NCBI GenBank assembly: GCA_002753335.1 | Contig: PEAD01000011.1 | Span: 1 to 64,000 of the forward strand | From: Nitrospirae bacterium MYbin3 | GTDB taxonomy: Bacteria > Nitrospirota > Thermodesulfovibrionia > Thermodesulfovibrionales > Dissulfurispiraceae | DNA: 64,000 nt | Direction of reading: 5' to 3' | In this document: one piece after another, positions 9,288 through 21,014 of the stretch | Layout of the letters: every line of letters starts with the position of its first letter | How positions within the stretch are numbered: position 1 is the first letter of the stretch | Made by a program: the position numbers and the translations under genes | The notes under the pieces: model-generated | What the model saw: the letters and a program-made list of their open reading frames with translations, nothing else | Told to the model about the DNA's origin: nothing | Database searches by the model: none

Positions 9288-11426
9288 TCAATGAACCCCG
9301 TTGCGGTTGAGAAACGGGGCGTACTTTTTATCCTCACGCAGGATATGATTTATAAGCCAGTCCTTTAGAAAACTCATGACATCATTTGTTATAGCAGCCT
9401 CTCCGCTGTCAAACTTTTGTTTTAGCGCCACAACCTTAGAAACAAGGTCGTCATGAATCTTTTTATGCGCACCCTTAGCCGGATAATCGTATTTCTGGAA
9501 AAAATCTTCTTCATGTTTAAAATGCATTGCTGCATATCCAGCAAGTCTGTTAAGAATGTCACCTAAAATATCCCTTGATTTTCCTGTCTTTAGGGCTTCG
9601 TGCATTTCGTTTATCATTATGACAAGCTGTTTATGGTGCTCGTCTATCGAACCTATATTCATGGAGAAGTTGTTGCTCCATTGTATAAACTCTTTTTTGC
9701 CTTGCCTGCCTGCCTGATCCGCATCAATCGTGAATCCGGCGGTTGATACACGCAGCGATTCGCCGACGCTAGAAAGCAAATTGACCGCATCTATGACCTC
9801 TTCTGACATCTTTTCCATATCGCGGGCAATCGCCGATGTTTTATCTATAGTCTTGGTCACCTCTTCAGAAGCTATTGCCTGTTGATCAACAGCCCTCGCT
9901 ATATAAACTATCTGGTCTTTTGCCTTTTGCACCGAATCGACGATCTGCTTTAAGGAATCGCCCACTCCATGAATATATTGTGTTGCCGACTCAACTTTTT
10001 GCGAGGCGTCATTCATCGATTTTGAAGTGTATTCTGTTTCTTCCTGAACAGAATGGATTTTTGCCGTAATTTCTGTCGTTGCCTTTATGGTCCTTTCTGC
10101 CAGCTTTCTGACCTCATCCGCAACAACCGCAAAGCCTCTGCCTTGCTCTCCTGCGCGGGCAGCCTCAATAGCAGCATTCAAAGCAAGCAGATTTGTCTGA
10201 TCTGCAATATCTTTTATTACCGTTACTATTTCACCTATCTCTGATGCACTGCTGCTAAGTTTGTTGACCATGCCCGAAAGCTCCACAGTTGCGGTGCGAA
10301 CCTCGTTCACCGTAGTAACAGCATTCATCGCAACCTGATTGCCGCCTTCGGCTGTGGACATAGCCTCAACCGATGTGTCCGAGGCAGCAGAAGCATTTCG
10401 TGCTATATCAGCTATGGTTTGCGTCATTTCTTCCGCTGCCGCCGCAATCTGCGAGGCCTGCGACGACTGACTTCTGGCGCCCTCGGATGCCTTGATAGAG
10501 CTTGCATTCAAGGTTTGAATTGATGAGAGCACATCTGAGGAAGAAGATAGTATGCTTTTAAGCGCATGCCTGAATGATGCAACCATTCTGTTCATGTTTT
10601 CGGACAAAACTCCTATTTCATCTCTGCTTACATAATTCATCTTTACGGTCAGATCGCCGTCAGACATTTTTATGACATCTCGTGTCAGCTCTTTTAAAGG
10701 CTTTATAATCATGTTGGCAACCAGCCAGCCGAGAAATGCGATAAAAGAAATAATGACAGCAACGCCAAGCCCGACCAACTGCGCCCTCTGCCAAACAATA
10801 GCATCTATGTCATCAATATAAACACCGCTACCCACAATCCAGCCCCAAGAAGCGAATTTTTTTACAAAAGAAAGTTTAGGGTAAAGCTCTGTGGAGGTTC
10901 CGCCACCGGATAGGGGCTTGGGCCAGTTGTATGTAACATAGCCTTCATTGGCAGTATCTGTTACCTCAACAAAGGATTGGAAAAGATTTTTCTTGCCGTC
11001 TGTTTTTACAACGTTTCCATCTCGGCCTGCCTGCAGGCTTGTCGAGCAATTAAACTTGGTATCATCCAAAACTTTGCCATCCAAAGCCGGTACAGTCGGA
11101 TGCATTATCATCTTTGGAAACGGTTTGTCGGTGTTGTTTATCCAGAAATATTCCTTGCTGTCATACCTTAATGCTTTAATTGCGGCCAAGGATGCTGCTT
11201 TGGCTTCATCTTCGGGCATAGTGCCTTTTTGGGCAAGCTCACTATAATGAGCAATTATTCCATACGCGGTGTCAACCACAACCCTTATAGCATTTCTTTT
11301 CTCTTCATAAAGCGCATTCTTTAATGACATCAAAAAGCCTATAGACATAACAGTGACCGAAAAAATAGTTATTGCGGTTATCAGCGCAAGTTTGGCCTTT
11401 GTGTTCAGATTAATCAGAATTTGCAT
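9288..11426 (-). CDS. Methyl-accepting chemotaxis protein: Cache-HAMP-MCP plus C-terminal hemerythrin
   Basis: Two TM helices, [38 protein letters not shown], hemerythrin ligands IDEHH, HFKHEE, HKKIH, HILRED. Confidence 0.92.
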   Translation of the reverse strand: MQILINLNTKAKLALITAITIFSVTVMSIGFLMSLKNALYEEKRNAIRVVVDTAYGIIAHYSELAQKGTMPEDEAKAASLAAIKALRYDSKEYFWINNTDKPFPKMIMHPTVPALDGKVLDDTKFNCSTSLQAGRDGNVVKTDGKKNLFQSFVEVTDTANEGYVTYNWPKPLSGGGTSTELYPKLSFVKKFASWGWIVGSGVYIDDIDAIVWQRAQLVGLGVAVIISFIAFLGWLVANMIIKPLKELTRDVIKMSDGDLTVKMNYVSRDEIGVLSENMNRMVASFRHALKSILSSSSDVLSSIQTLNASSIKASEGARSQSSQASQIAAAAEEMTQTIADIARNASAASDTSVEAMSTAEGGNQVAMNAVTTVNEVRTATVELSGMVNKLSSSASEIGEIVTVIKDIADQTNLLALNAAIEAARAGEQGRGFAVVADEVRKLAERTIKATTEITAKIHSVQEETEYTSKSMNDASQKVESATQYIHGVGDSLKQIVDSVQKAKDQIVYIARAVDQQAIASEEVTKTIDKTSAIARDMEKMSEEVIDAVNLLSSVGESLRVSTAGFTIDADQAGRQGKKEFIQWSNNFSMNIGSIDEHHKQLVIMINEMHEALKTGKSRDILGDILNRLAGYAAMHFKHEEDFFQKYDYPAKGAHKKIHDDLVSKVVALKQKFDSGEAAITNDVMSFLKDWLINHILREDKKYAPFLNRNGVH

Positions 11427-11614
11427 TTAAGGTCTCCTTGAAGTTCGCATTTAGCTGCGTTATACAGTTTATAGTGTACTTAGTTTATCCCGTTTTGGGG
11501 GCAGGTGTCAAGCTGTAATTATCCGTTTTTTATATAATTATTGCTTCAAAAATGTAGTTTCCCGGCCGCTTTTGCTGTTTGACTAAAACCGAACCTTAAG
11601 GGTAAAATTTTCAA

Positions 11615-14600
11615 ATGCAGTACGCCGATTTTGTCCCCCTCCATCTGCATTCTGAGTACAGCCTGCTTGATGGCGCTATAAAGATTAATGAGCTTGTGGA
11701 TATGGCGGTTCAGTACAATATGCCGGCCGTAGCTGTCACAGACCACGGTAATATATTCGGCGCTGTCGAGTTTTATAAAAAGGCGGTAAAGGCTGGCATC
11801 AAGCCTATTATAGGATGCGAAGTTTATGTTGCACCCAAAAGCCGCTTCGACAAGTCAAAAGAAAGCCTAGAGGCAGGTCTTTCGGAAGAGGCTGCTTTTC
11901 ATCTTGTGCTGCTTGCACGCAACCATCAGGGATATAAAAACCTTACAACCCTCGCATCAAAGGCTTATATCGACGGATTTTATTATAAACCGAGAATAGA
12001 CAAAGAGCTTCTCGAGCAGTACAGCGGGGGATTGATCGGTCTCTCGGCCTGCCTGAAAGGAGAGGTGCCCTATCTTCTGCAGTGCGGCATGTACGATAAA
12101 GCAAGAGAGACCGCGTTGAAATACAAGCATATCTTGGGCCCCGAAAATTTTTACCTCGAAGTGCAACACAATGGCCTGCCTGAACAGGAAGAGGCGAATA
12201 AAAAACTGGTCGAACTTTCGGAGGACCTCCATATCCCGCTTGTTGCAACAAATGACTGCCACTATTTAAGAAAAGAGGACGCTAAAGCCCATAATATCCT
12301 GCTGTGCATCCAAACCGGTAAAACGGTAAAGGATGAAAAAAGGATGAAGTTTACAACCGAAGAGTTTTATTTCAAATCTCCGGATGAGATGAAGGCGGCG
12401 TTCCAAGATCTTCCGGAGGCGATTAAAAACACTCGCGTTATTGCAGAACGCTGCAACGTGGATTTTAAACTCGGCCAATCCCTTCTGCCTAAATATACGC
12501 CTGAGGATGAAAGCAGGCCCGAAGATTTTCTCGAAAAACTTGCGAAGCAGGGGCTTAAAGATATGTTCGGCCAAAATCCTCCTGAGACTTACAAAAAAAG
12601 GCTTATGCACGAGCTGCATGTGATAAAGGCGATGGGGTTTGCGTCTTACTTCCTTATTGTGTGGGACTTTATAGACCATGCAAAAAAACTCGGCATACCG
12701 GTCGGCCCCGGAAGGGGTTCTGCCGCAGGAAGCTTGGTGGCGTACTGTTTAGGAATCACAGAGATAGACCCTCTAAAGTATGGCCTGTTGTTTGAGCGAT
12801 TCCTGAATCCTGAAAGAATAAGCATGCCTGACATAGATGTTGATTTTTGTCAGGACAGGCGGACCGAAGTCATAGCGTATGTCGCAGAGAAGTACGGCAA
12901 AGATAAAGTATCACAGATAATAACCTTCGGCACGATGAAGGCCAAGGCAGCAATCCGCGATGTTGGAAGGGCTCTGGCCATACCATATTCTGAGGTGGAT
13001 AAAATAGCCAAGCTAGTTCCGGATGAACTGAAAATCACGATTAAAGATGCGCTGGAGAAAGAACCCCAGCTTAAAGAAATTTATGAGACCAATCCGGATA
13101 TCAAAGAGCTGATAGATATTGCACAGAGGCTTGAAGGCCTTTCACGCCATGCATCAACACACGCTGCAGGGGTTGTAATCGCGCCGGAGCTTCTAACAGA
13201 ATACACCGCTCTCTACAAGCAGCAGGGTGAAGATATTCCTGCCACACAGTTTGACATGGGTTCGATAGAAAGCATAGGTCTTTTAAAATTTGACTTCCTC
13301 GGCCTTAAAACCCTGACCATAATACATAAGACTGTCGAGTTCCTTTTGAAAAAAGAGAGCGGCTTTAGTCTTGCGCATATTCCCCTCGATGATAAAGACA
13401 CATACAACTTGCTGAGCTCAGGTGAGACCACCGGCATATTTCAGCTCGAAAGCAGCGGCATGAGAGACATTCTCGTGAGGCTGCAGCCCGACCGCTTTGA
13501 AGACATTATTGCTCTCGTTGCACTCTACAGGCCCGGCCCGATGGCAAATATCGATGACTTCATCAAGAGAAAAAAAGGAAACATCGCGGTCGAATATTCG
13601 ATTCCGGAGCTGAAAGAAATACTGGACGAAACTTACGGCATCATCCTGTATCAAGAACAGGTTATGCTGATCGCAAACAGAATCGCAAACTTCACCCTCG
13701 GACAGGCTGACCTGCTGCGAAGGGCTATGGGCAAAAAGAAAAAGGAAGAGATGGACCAGCAGAAAGAGATATTCGTAAAAGGAGCTGTCGAAAACAACCT
13801 AGCTGAAGGAAAGGCGATAAGGCTATTTGAAGATGTTGAACCTTTTGCAGGATATGGTTTTAACAAATCCCATGCAGCCGCTTATGCTCTGCTAGCGTAT
13901 CAGACCGCATATCTCAAGGCGCATTACCCGGTTGAGTTCATGACCGCATATCTGACAGCCGACATGGGCGATACTGACAAGCTCGTAAAGCTGATCAACG
14001 AATGCAGAAATATGACGATAGATATTCTGCCGCCCGATATAAATCTAAGCGGAAGAATTTTCACTATTGTTGGCAGTTCTATACGCTTCGGGCTTGAAGC
14101 TGTAAAGGGCGTGGGCGGTGCTGCCATCGAGGTTGTTATGCAGGAGCGAGCAGCCAATCCGTTTAAAAGTTTTGAAGATTTTGCCGAACGAGTTGAGAAC
14201 AAAAAGGTTAATAAAAAAGTGATCGAAAGCCTTATTAAAGCAGGCGCGTTCGATTCGCTGTTTCAAGACCCTCCCCTCTTTGCGAGGCCAAAGGCTTTTG
14301 CCTTGTTCTCATCCGCAGGAAAAGGCCGCTCTCTGGGTCCCGGACTTTTCGGTGACAGCCAAGAAGATGACCAAACAAAGCCCTGGGATGATGCGGAGCT
14401 TTTAAAGTTCGAAAAAGAAGCACTCGGGTTTTATATATCCGGACATCCTCTTTCACGCTATCGCCGCACACTTTCATCTATGGGGATTGTTCAGATAGAG
14501 CAGATAGAAGATCTTGCGGAAGGCATAGAAATTTCTGCAGCAGGAATTGTAGCAGCAATCAAAACGATAATAAAGGAGCGCGGAACCACCGTCATAGTAA

Positions 14601-15010
14601 CCTTGGAGGACGAGACCGGCACGATTGATGTGCTCTCTTTCTCTAAGAACGGCAAAAAAGCTGATGCTTTTTTAAAAAAAGGCGCGTTAGTTATGACAAG
14701 GGCTACGGTTTTAAAAGAAGAAAAGGGTGCCAAGCTGAAATCATGGGAATTTACAGACATATCAGGCATGCAGATAACCATAAAATATGAGATAAGCCTT
14801 GATTGCAGCGATGAGGAGCAGGCGCTCTCTAACATCAAAAAAATAAGAGGGCTTCTGTCCGAATCTTCAACAGGCAATGATAATACGATGCTGTCGTTCA
14901 GGTTTAATATCCCCGACTATTGTGTTATCATAGCAACTCAGCTCAAGCCCGGCAACAACTTTATGGCCGGAATGAAAAATATAATCGGAGGCTCTGTAAA
15001 ACTTATATGA
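11615..15010 (+). CDS. dnaE: DNA polymerase III alpha subunit
   Basis: [36 protein letters not shown]. Confidence 0.97.
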   Translation: MQYADFVPLHLHSEYSLLDGAIKINELVDMAVQYNMPAVAVTDHGNIFGAVEFYKKAVKAGIKPIIGCEVYVAPKSRFDKSKESLEAGLSEEAAFHLVLLARNHQGYKNLTTLASKAYIDGFYYKPRIDKELLEQYSGGLIGLSACLKGEVPYLLQCGMYDKARETALKYKHILGPENFYLEVQHNGLPEQEEANKKLVELSEDLHIPLVATNDCHYLRKEDAKAHNILLCIQTGKTVKDEKRMKFTTEEFYFKSPDEMKAAFQDLPEAIKNTRVIAERCNVDFKLGQSLLPKYTPEDESRPEDFLEKLAKQGLKDMFGQNPPETYKKRLMHELHVIKAMGFASYFLIVWDFIDHAKKLGIPVGPGRGSAAGSLVAYCLGITEIDPLKYGLLFERFLNPERISMPDIDVDFCQDRRTEVIAYVAEKYGKDKVSQIITFGTMKAKAAIRDVGRALAIPYSEVDKIAKLVPDELKITIKDALEKEPQLKEIYETNPDIKELIDIAQRLEGLSRHASTHAAGVVIAPELLTEYTALYKQQGEDIPATQFDMGSIESIGLLKFDFLGLKTLTIIHKTVEFLLKKESGFSLAHIPLDDKDTYNLLSSGETTGIFQLESSGMRDILVRLQPDRFEDIIALVALYRPGPMANIDDFIKRKKGNIAVEYSIPELKEILDETYGIILYQEQVMLIANRIANFTLGQADLLRRAMGKKKKEEMDQQKEIFVKGAVENNLAEGKAIRLFEDVEPFAGYGFNKSHAAAYALLAYQTAYLKAHYPVEFMTAYLTADMGDTDKLVKLINECRNMTIDILPPDINLSGRIFTIVGSSIRFGLEAVKGVGGAAIEVVMQERAANPFKSFEDFAERVENKKVNKKVIESLIKAGAFDSLFQDPPLFARPKAFALFSSAGKGRSLGPGLFGDSQEDDQTKPWDDAELLKFEKEALGFYISGHPLSRYRRTLSSMGIVQIEQIEDLAEGIEISAAGIVAAIKTIIKERGTTVIVTLEDETGTIDVLSFSKNGKKADAFLKKGALVMTRATVLKEEKGAKLKSWEFTDISGMQITIKYEISLDCSDEEQALSNIKKIRGLLSESSTGNDNTMLSFRFNIPDYCVIIATQLKPGNNFMAGMKNIIGGSVKLI

Positions 15011-15982
15011 GCATATATCTTGATTTTGAAAAGCCGCTCGAAGAGCTCGAGGGAAATATCGAAGAGCTTAAAAAGCTCTCGGACGGCAAAGAGTTGGATA
15101 TAGCCGGAGATTAAAAAACTAGAAAAAAAGGCGCGCGACCTGCGGCAGGATATTTTTTCGAACATAACACCATGGCAGAAGACCCTTATAGCCCGGCACC
15201 CTGACAGACCATATACCCTAGATCTGGTGAATATTATCGCAAAAGATTTCATCGAACTTCACGGCGACCGCAGGTTTGCGGACGATCCTGCAATAGTGGG
15301 TGGAGTCGGCAACATAGACGGGCAGCCGATGATGATAATAGGCCACCAAAAAGGCAGGGGCACCAAAGAGAGGATTGTCAGAAACTTCGGCCAGCCCAAC
15401 CCTGACGGATACAGAAAGGCCCTAAGACTTATGAAACTTGCAGAGAGGTTTAAAATACCTATAGTAACCTTCATAGATACCCCAGGAGCATATCCCGGCA
15501 TAGGCGCGGAGGAAAGAGGACAGGGAGAGGCCATAGCCACGAATCTGATGGAGATGTCTAAAATCAGGACACCGATAGTTTCGATAGTGATAGGCGAAGG
15601 CGGGAGCGGCGGAGCTCTTGCACTGAGCGTTGCTGACAAACTTTACATGCTTGAGCATTCTGTTTATTCGGTCATATCTCCGGAAGGGTGTGCCGCGATT
15701 TTATGGCGTAAAAATGGAACAGACCTCAATGCGGAAGATTTCTCAAGAGCTGCCGAGGCGCTCAAGCTTACTGCGCAGGACTTGAAAGAATTCAAGATCA
15801 TCGACGATATTATTCTAGAGCCTCTCGGAGGAGCCCACAGAGACCCTGAGGCAGTTGCCGCCAGTATTGCGGCCCAAATAATTAAAGCTCTGGAACCGCT
15901 AAAAACCAAGAATCATGCGAAGCTAATAGATGAAAGATACAAAAAAATACGGCGTATAGGAAACCTTACCCAAGCAGCTTAA
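15007..15982 (+). pseudogene. accA: Acetyl-CoA carboxylase carboxyltransferase alpha, frameshifted near 15110 (possibly an assembly error)
   Basis: N-terminus [15 protein letters not shown] stops at TAA 15112-15114; the +1 frame continues IKKLEKKA...[16 protein letters not shown]...[10 protein letters not shown]. Confidence 0.85.
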
Positions 15983-16011
15983 AAATCAGGCTCCTGCTAC
16001 ATTGACAGACT

Positions 16012-17607
16012 CTACTTAGCCTTTGTAAGTATTTTTATAAACAGAGTCAGAATATCTGGGTCATAATAGGCTGAATCTTTCTTTATCACCGATAATGCCT
16101 CAAAAGGTGTGTGACGCTCTTTGTATGGGCGGTTGGGAGCCAGCAGGTCATATGCATCCGCAATTGCAATAATCCTTGCGAATAGAGATATGGCGCTCCC
16201 TGACAGTCCAGCGGGGTAGCCTGTGCCATCAATATTTTCATGATGGTGAAGAACTGCTGACTGTGATTCCGGAGAAATGCCATGATGACCTCGAATTATT
16301 TTTACGCCTTCTGCAACATGGGTCTTGAAAACCTCATATTCAAGCTTGTTCAGTTTGCCCTGTTTGTTTACTATCTCGTCGTTTATAACGCTAAGACCTA
16401 TGTCATGCAGAAGCGCCCCTACACAAAGCCTGACCACAACCTCGTACGGTAAATTCATGGCAAAACCCACTGCCGCAGACATTACCGCGACATTGAGGGA
16501 ATGCACGTAAAGATAGAAATCATTACAGTTTAGTGAAACCAGTATATAGACAGAACTCGGATTTCTGAGAATGCATTCTACGATTCTTTCGGCAATACCG
16601 ACAGCCTCTGCCATGTTGTCTCTGCTTGACGGATCAGCAAAAAGCTCACGCATAATAATTTTTGTATGTTCCTTTAGGATAATAATTTTCAGATAATCCG
16701 CTTCCGCCTTTACGTCAGGCATGTCAAGAGAATTCAGGTAAGTGCGGTAAAGCTGCAAATCAAATTTTTTGATAAATACGCCCCCTTCAAGCTTGCGAAT
16801 GGTTTCGTCAAGTGTTACAGGCTCTTCATAAGATGCATTTACAACCGCTTTAAACACGTAATCGTTTTCTACAAAAAGGCTGAAATTTATTTCTGTATAA
16901 GGAATAAGTACACCTTGGTTTATATAATGGTAATACCCCTTATTAAACGAATAATCCTTAAAAGAGACCAAGCTCTCGCGGTCGAACAACTTAGGTTTAG
17001 GCTTGAATCGTGAGAGATAATTATCAAATAAGGGCTTGTCCTCGTATCGTATAAGAAGAGAGCTTATCTGCCTTTCCTCAAAAAACTCCTGGGTTGCACT
17101 GTTAAAAGGCAGCCCCTCTCTAAATAAATATTTTATTTCGCCTCTGTCCTTTATGTATATTTCAAAAGGCAGCACAGTGTCCAAAATTAGCCTGCTGATC
17201 GGAACCTCGCTTAGGTTTACCTTCTGTATTTTTTCGGTGTTTATCAGCATTTTCCTTTGCCACTGAAAAATATAGGTCTCGATGGTTTCACTTATTTTAT
17301 CGGTCATGTTTATAAATTCTGCAAGAATATGATAATGATCTCCTTTGGTTTTGACGATCTTCAGAATTTCTCCATAAACACAAATGGTGGCCTCAGTAGG
17401 TATAGGTATCTTAAGTATGATTTCAAGCACATCGCCCTGAGCATATTTTTTATGTGATCTGAAGCTGATATCTGCAGCGCTGATATTTACGATCTTAGGC
17501 TTGAGTCCTGATTCTTTGATCAGGTGTGATTTGAGTCCCTTGCGCATTAAGGCAGATACAACATTTATCTTGATCGGTAAAAATGTATCCAGTCTGAAAA
17601 ATTTCAT
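16012..17607 (-). CDS. HD-GYP c-di-GMP phosphodiesterase with N-terminal degenerate PilZ-like domain
   Basis: LHDIG, HHENIDGTGYP, IAIADAYD; NISAADISF PilZ-like motif. Confidence 0.85.
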   Translation of the reverse strand: MKFFRLDTFLPIKINVVSALMRKGLKSHLIKESGLKPKIVNISAADISFRSHKKYAQGDVLEIILKIPIPTEATICVYGEILKIVKTKGDHYHILAEFINMTDKISETIETYIFQWQRKMLINTEKIQKVNLSEVPISRLILDTVLPFEIYIKDRGEIKYLFREGLPFNSATQEFFEERQISSLLIRYEDKPLFDNYLSRFKPKPKLFDRESLVSFKDYSFNKGYYHYINQGVLIPYTEINFSLFVENDYVFKAVVNASYEEPVTLDETIRKLEGGVFIKKFDLQLYRTYLNSLDMPDVKAEADYLKIIILKEHTKIIMRELFADPSSRDNMAEAVGIAERIVECILRNPSSVYILVSLNCNDFYLYVHSLNVAVMSAAVGFAMNLPYEVVVRLCVGALLHDIGLSVINDEIVNKQGKLNKLEYEVFKTHVAEGVKIIRGHHGISPESQSAVLHHHENIDGTGYPAGLSGSAISLFARIIAIADAYDLLAPNRPYKERHTPFEALSVIKKDSAYYDPDILTLFIKILTKAK

Positions 17608-17657
17608 TGCTGTAGCCTCTCCCCACACTTTATGCACATCAATCCGAGCATTTGCAG

Positions 17658-18566
17658 CTATTGCCCAAACAATGCGGCAGAGAACTCCCGTGGGTCAAAA
17701 TCTTTTAAATCCTCCACACCCTCGCCGATTCCGATAAGCCTGACAGGAATCCCCAACTCTTTTGCGATAGCAAAAACAATGCCGCCTTTAGCTGTTCCGT
17801 CCAATTTTGTGAGAGCGATGCCGGTAACACCTATAGCCTCTTTGAATATTTCTGCCTGCCTCAAAGCGTTCTGTCCTGTAGTTGCATCAACAACCAGAAG
17901 AATCTCCTGCGGTGCATCAGGCATAGATTTCTTTATAACGCGGCTGACCTTCTTAAGCTCTTCCATAAGTTGAGCTTTGTTGTGCAGACGTCCGGCAGTG
18001 TCTATTATAACCAGGTCCGCTCCTCTGTGCTTTGCAGCCTCAACAGCGTCAAAAGCCACTGCGGCAGGGTCAGAGCCGCTCTGGTGCTTTATTATATCTG
18101 CTCCGGCGCGGTCGGCCCATATATCAAGCTGCTCAATAGCCGCAGCCCTGAAAGTGTCTCCGGCAGCGATAATCACCGAGTTCCCCTCAGAAACAAAGCG
18201 GGATGCCAATTTGCCGATAGTGGTTGTTTTTCCAACACCGTTTACGCCCACGGTTAAAATAACAAATGGTTTTTCGCCGAAAAGCACGATGGGATGAGGA
18301 TTTCCGAGCATCAAAGACATCTCTGTTTTGATGCATTCTTTAACATCCTCAGATGTCTTAACCTCTCCGCTTTTTACTTTTTCCCGGAGCAGGCTGATTA
18401 TTTCGTCTGTTGCTGCAGCGCCGACATCAGAAGTTATAAGAACCTCTTCTATATCATCAATGACCGAGTCGTCAACTTTTCTCTGTAAAAGAACAGCCTC
18501 GACTCTTTCGACAATAGAGTTGCGGGTCTTAGAAAGACCTGTTTTGAGCCTGTCGAAAAAGCCCAC
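17658..18566 (-). CDS. ftsY: SRP receptor FtsY
   Basis: [32 protein letters not shown]. Confidence 0.97.
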   Translation of the reverse strand: MGFFDRLKTGLSKTRNSIVERVEAVLLQRKVDDSVIDDIEEVLITSDVGAAATDEIISLLREKVKSGEVKTSEDVKECIKTEMSLMLGNPHPIVLFGEKPFVILTVGVNGVGKTTTIGKLASRFVSEGNSVIIAAGDTFRAAAIEQLDIWADRAGADIIKHQSGSDPAAVAFDAVEAAKHRGADLVIIDTAGRLHNKAQLMEELKKVSRVIKKSMPDAPQEILLVVDATTGQNALRQAEIFKEAIGVTGIALTKLDGTAKGGIVFAIAKELGIPVRLIGIGEGVEDLKDFDPREFSAALFGQ

Positions 18567-18571
18567 TTATA

Positions 18572-20383
18572 TCAGCGATTGAGCGTGACGTTAAGCGCGT
18601 TTTTTTCCTTTGTCACGTGAAAGCGGGATGGTTTGAGCATTTCTATCTTGATGGACAGCGCATGTTTTTCTTTTTTGTCTTCTTCTATCTTAATGTCGCC
18701 AACATACGCTGACTCGAACTTCACAGGCTTTTCGAGCTTGTTTACGGCAGGTTTAATTTTGAGAATTATGTAGTTCTTCTCTCCGGCAGATTCTTTGACC
18801 GCACTGTATTTAACAGTTCCGTCCAAATTCGGCATATGAATCGAAAGCGTGGATTTTTTCTTGGGTTCTACGAGCGATATGCTCGTAACTTCAAGAGGAT
18901 TTTTTAGGGGCTTTGCCTCTGCTTTTTTTTTACCCGAATCTTTTTCCTTATCTTTATCTTTTTCTTTTGCCTTGCCTTTCTTTTCTTTCTTTGAAGACGC
19001 CTTCACTGCAACAGGCGCATCAGGAGACGGTTTGTAGCTGGTCATAACCTTTCTTGCAGCCTCAGCCTTGTACGCTCCAGAATCTATTGTGGTGGCGATT
19101 ATAGAAAAAGCCTCGGACTTGTTGTACTGCACCTCGACTATTGCGGTGCCATTAACGAACTCCGATGCAGGTATTATCTTTGGAATGAGGGTTCCAGAAC
19201 CTGTTGAGTTCAGCTCAACATCAGGCCCAACCTGATTATAGTTCCTGATAACATGCCCCAGCTGATTATAAACCGTGATCTTTATCTTGAACTTCTGTCC
19301 TGCCACTTCAGAATCAGGTGTGGTTATCTCGAAACGCTCAAAAACAGGAGCGGTAAATTTTATAACCTCACTGACGCTTTTAAACCTGCCGTTTGTGTCC
19401 TGAATGTTCAGAGTAATGTTTTCGGCAAGATCGTACCGCAGGCTGACCTTCGCCTGACCGTTCACAAAGTCGTAGGCCGGCAGCGCAGATGGGAACGGCT
19501 TAATTTTACCCGAAGAAGATATTTCAACACCGTACCCTGTAAGCGGATAGTTTGTAACAACATTGCCGAAACGGTCCAACGCAACCATCGTAAAATCAAA
19601 CGGCTCGCCAGAAATCACTTCTTTGGGGGTGAAAAGCTTAAAAGAGTTTACCGGACCGTTCACGATCTCGATTTTTTCGCTTACTCCCGAACTGCCCGAA
19701 ATAAGGTCTTTAACTTCCATTTCGAATATGCCCGCTTTTTCTGACATCAGGGATACTGAACCTACGCCATCTTTCAAATCAGGTATCGAAGCAGAAACCG
19801 CCTTGGGTTCGGCCTCGCCTTTAAAAATCAGGTTCAGGTTTTTGCCCGGTATTAAATCGGCCAGCTTGTTTCCGAAGGCATCCTTCGCCATTATCTTTAC
19901 GTTGAAAATTTCTCCTGCGAGAGCTATCGGCCTTTCTACAGAAACCGCGAATGAAGCAAGTTTATTAGGAACAACCGACAGGTCTTTCGTTAGTACAGGA
20001 ATAGGCTTGTATATCTCTCGGATTGATATGGTGACGGTTTCGACCGTCTTGTCAGAAAAGGCAAAAGAGAAGGCTCCGTTGACAAAAGAGGTGCTTTTAA
20101 AGCTCCCGGGCGCTACCACGGCCGAACCGCTTACGCTTATCTGGAACTCCTTGCCGCTTTCGTTGAAGTTTGCGATCAGGTTGTTGAGGGAGTCCACAGC
20201 CTGAATGCTTATCTGAACACTTTCTCCGGTTGTGATTTTCTCCGGAACCGTGATATTGAAGTGGCTGAACTTGCCGGGCTTAATTTTTATCTCGCCTGCG
20301 GCCGCATTAAACGGGATAGTCCCCGCGAGAACAAGAAGCGTAAGCAACGCAAGTAAAAATACTCCTCTCCTCGACTGTATCAT
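18572..20383 (-). CDS. Exported protein with four ~100-aa beta-rich (Ig-like) repeats, Lys-rich linker and C-terminal domain
   Basis: Signal peptide; repeated F-x-I-x-x-P...G-E-x-F...A-x-D-x-x-G-N pattern; KKEKKGKAKEKDKDKEK linker. Confidence 0.7.
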   Translation of the reverse strand: MIQSRRGVFLLALLTLLVLAGTIPFNAAAGEIKIKPGKFSHFNITVPEKITTGESVQISIQAVDSLNNLIANFNESGKEFQISVSGSAVVAPGSFKSTSFVNGAFSFAFSDKTVETVTISIREIYKPIPVLTKDLSVVPNKLASFAVSVERPIALAGEIFNVKIMAKDAFGNKLADLIPGKNLNLIFKGEAEPKAVSASIPDLKDGVGSVSLMSEKAGIFEMEVKDLISGSSGVSEKIEIVNGPVNSFKLFTPKEVISGEPFDFTMVALDRFGNVVTNYPLTGYGVEISSSGKIKPFPSALPAYDFVNGQAKVSLRYDLAENITLNIQDTNGRFKSVSEVIKFTAPVFERFEITTPDSEVAGQKFKIKITVYNQLGHVIRNYNQVGPDVELNSTGSGTLIPKIIPASEFVNGTAIVEVQYNKSEAFSIIATTIDSGAYKAEAARKVMTSYKPSPDAPVAVKASSKKEKKGKAKEKDKDKEKDSGKKKAEAKPLKNPLEVTSISLVEPKKKSTLSIHMPNLDGTVKYSAVKESAGEKNYIILKIKPAVNKLEKPVKFESAYVGDIKIEEDKKEKHALSIKIEMLKPSRFHVTKEKNALNVTLNR

Positions 20384-20573
20384 ATTAAAACCCCCTCCTG
20401 ATTTTTGGTTGATTTTTTAAAGAAGTATATCATAAAGCAACTTAATTTGTGCATTATCATAACACGCAGTATAGTAGCACATCGACCCGAAAAAAACTAC
20501 ATTAGCTTTGCCTTTGCGCCTTGTTTCTGTTAAACTCATAACTTGATTTCTGGCGCAATCCGGAGGGATACAA

Positions 20574-20996
20574 ATGTCCACAAAACAGGTTTTCGTATGC
20601 GTAAAAAAAGACATTCAGCACCCAATAGGCTGGGCGCTAAAAGAGCTTGACAAACTTTTAGCCGTAAAATACTTTGATACCACAAAGCTTCTCGGCACCG
20701 CTTTAGCAAACAAACAGGACTGTGATGTTGTGATCCTCGATTCTATAATGGGGGATGAATCTACGCTTGGTTTTGCCAAAGAACTCAAAACTGGTATGCC
20801 CTCGCTTAAAATCCTGCTGATAGCTTCCTCCGGCACAACCAAGCAGGAGTTGGTAAGCATAATTCAGGAGAAGACCGCAAACGGCGTTCTTATGCGGCCT
20901 TTCACTACGGAGCAGGTGAGCGATTATATGTACAAACTCTGCGGGCTTCAGAAACCTTCAGAGACGCCTTGGTACATGCAGACCGGACTAAAATAA
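20574..20996 (+). CDS. Atypical stand-alone receiver-domain protein
   Basis: CDVVILDSIMG, KILLIAS, GVLMRPF (Arg at the conserved Lys position). Confidence 0.65.
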   Translation: MSTKQVFVCVKKDIQHPIGWALKELDKLLAVKYFDTTKLLGTALANKQDCDVVILDSIMGDESTLGFAKELKTGMPSLKILLIASSGTTKQELVSIIQEKTANGVLMRPFTTEQVSDYMYKLCGLQKPSETPWYMQTGLK

Positions 20997-21014
20997 GCAT
21001 TTGCGATAAGGCTG

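Noticed and set aside
11615..15010. Intein in dnaE
   Set aside because: The length is normal and no intein terminal motifs are evident.
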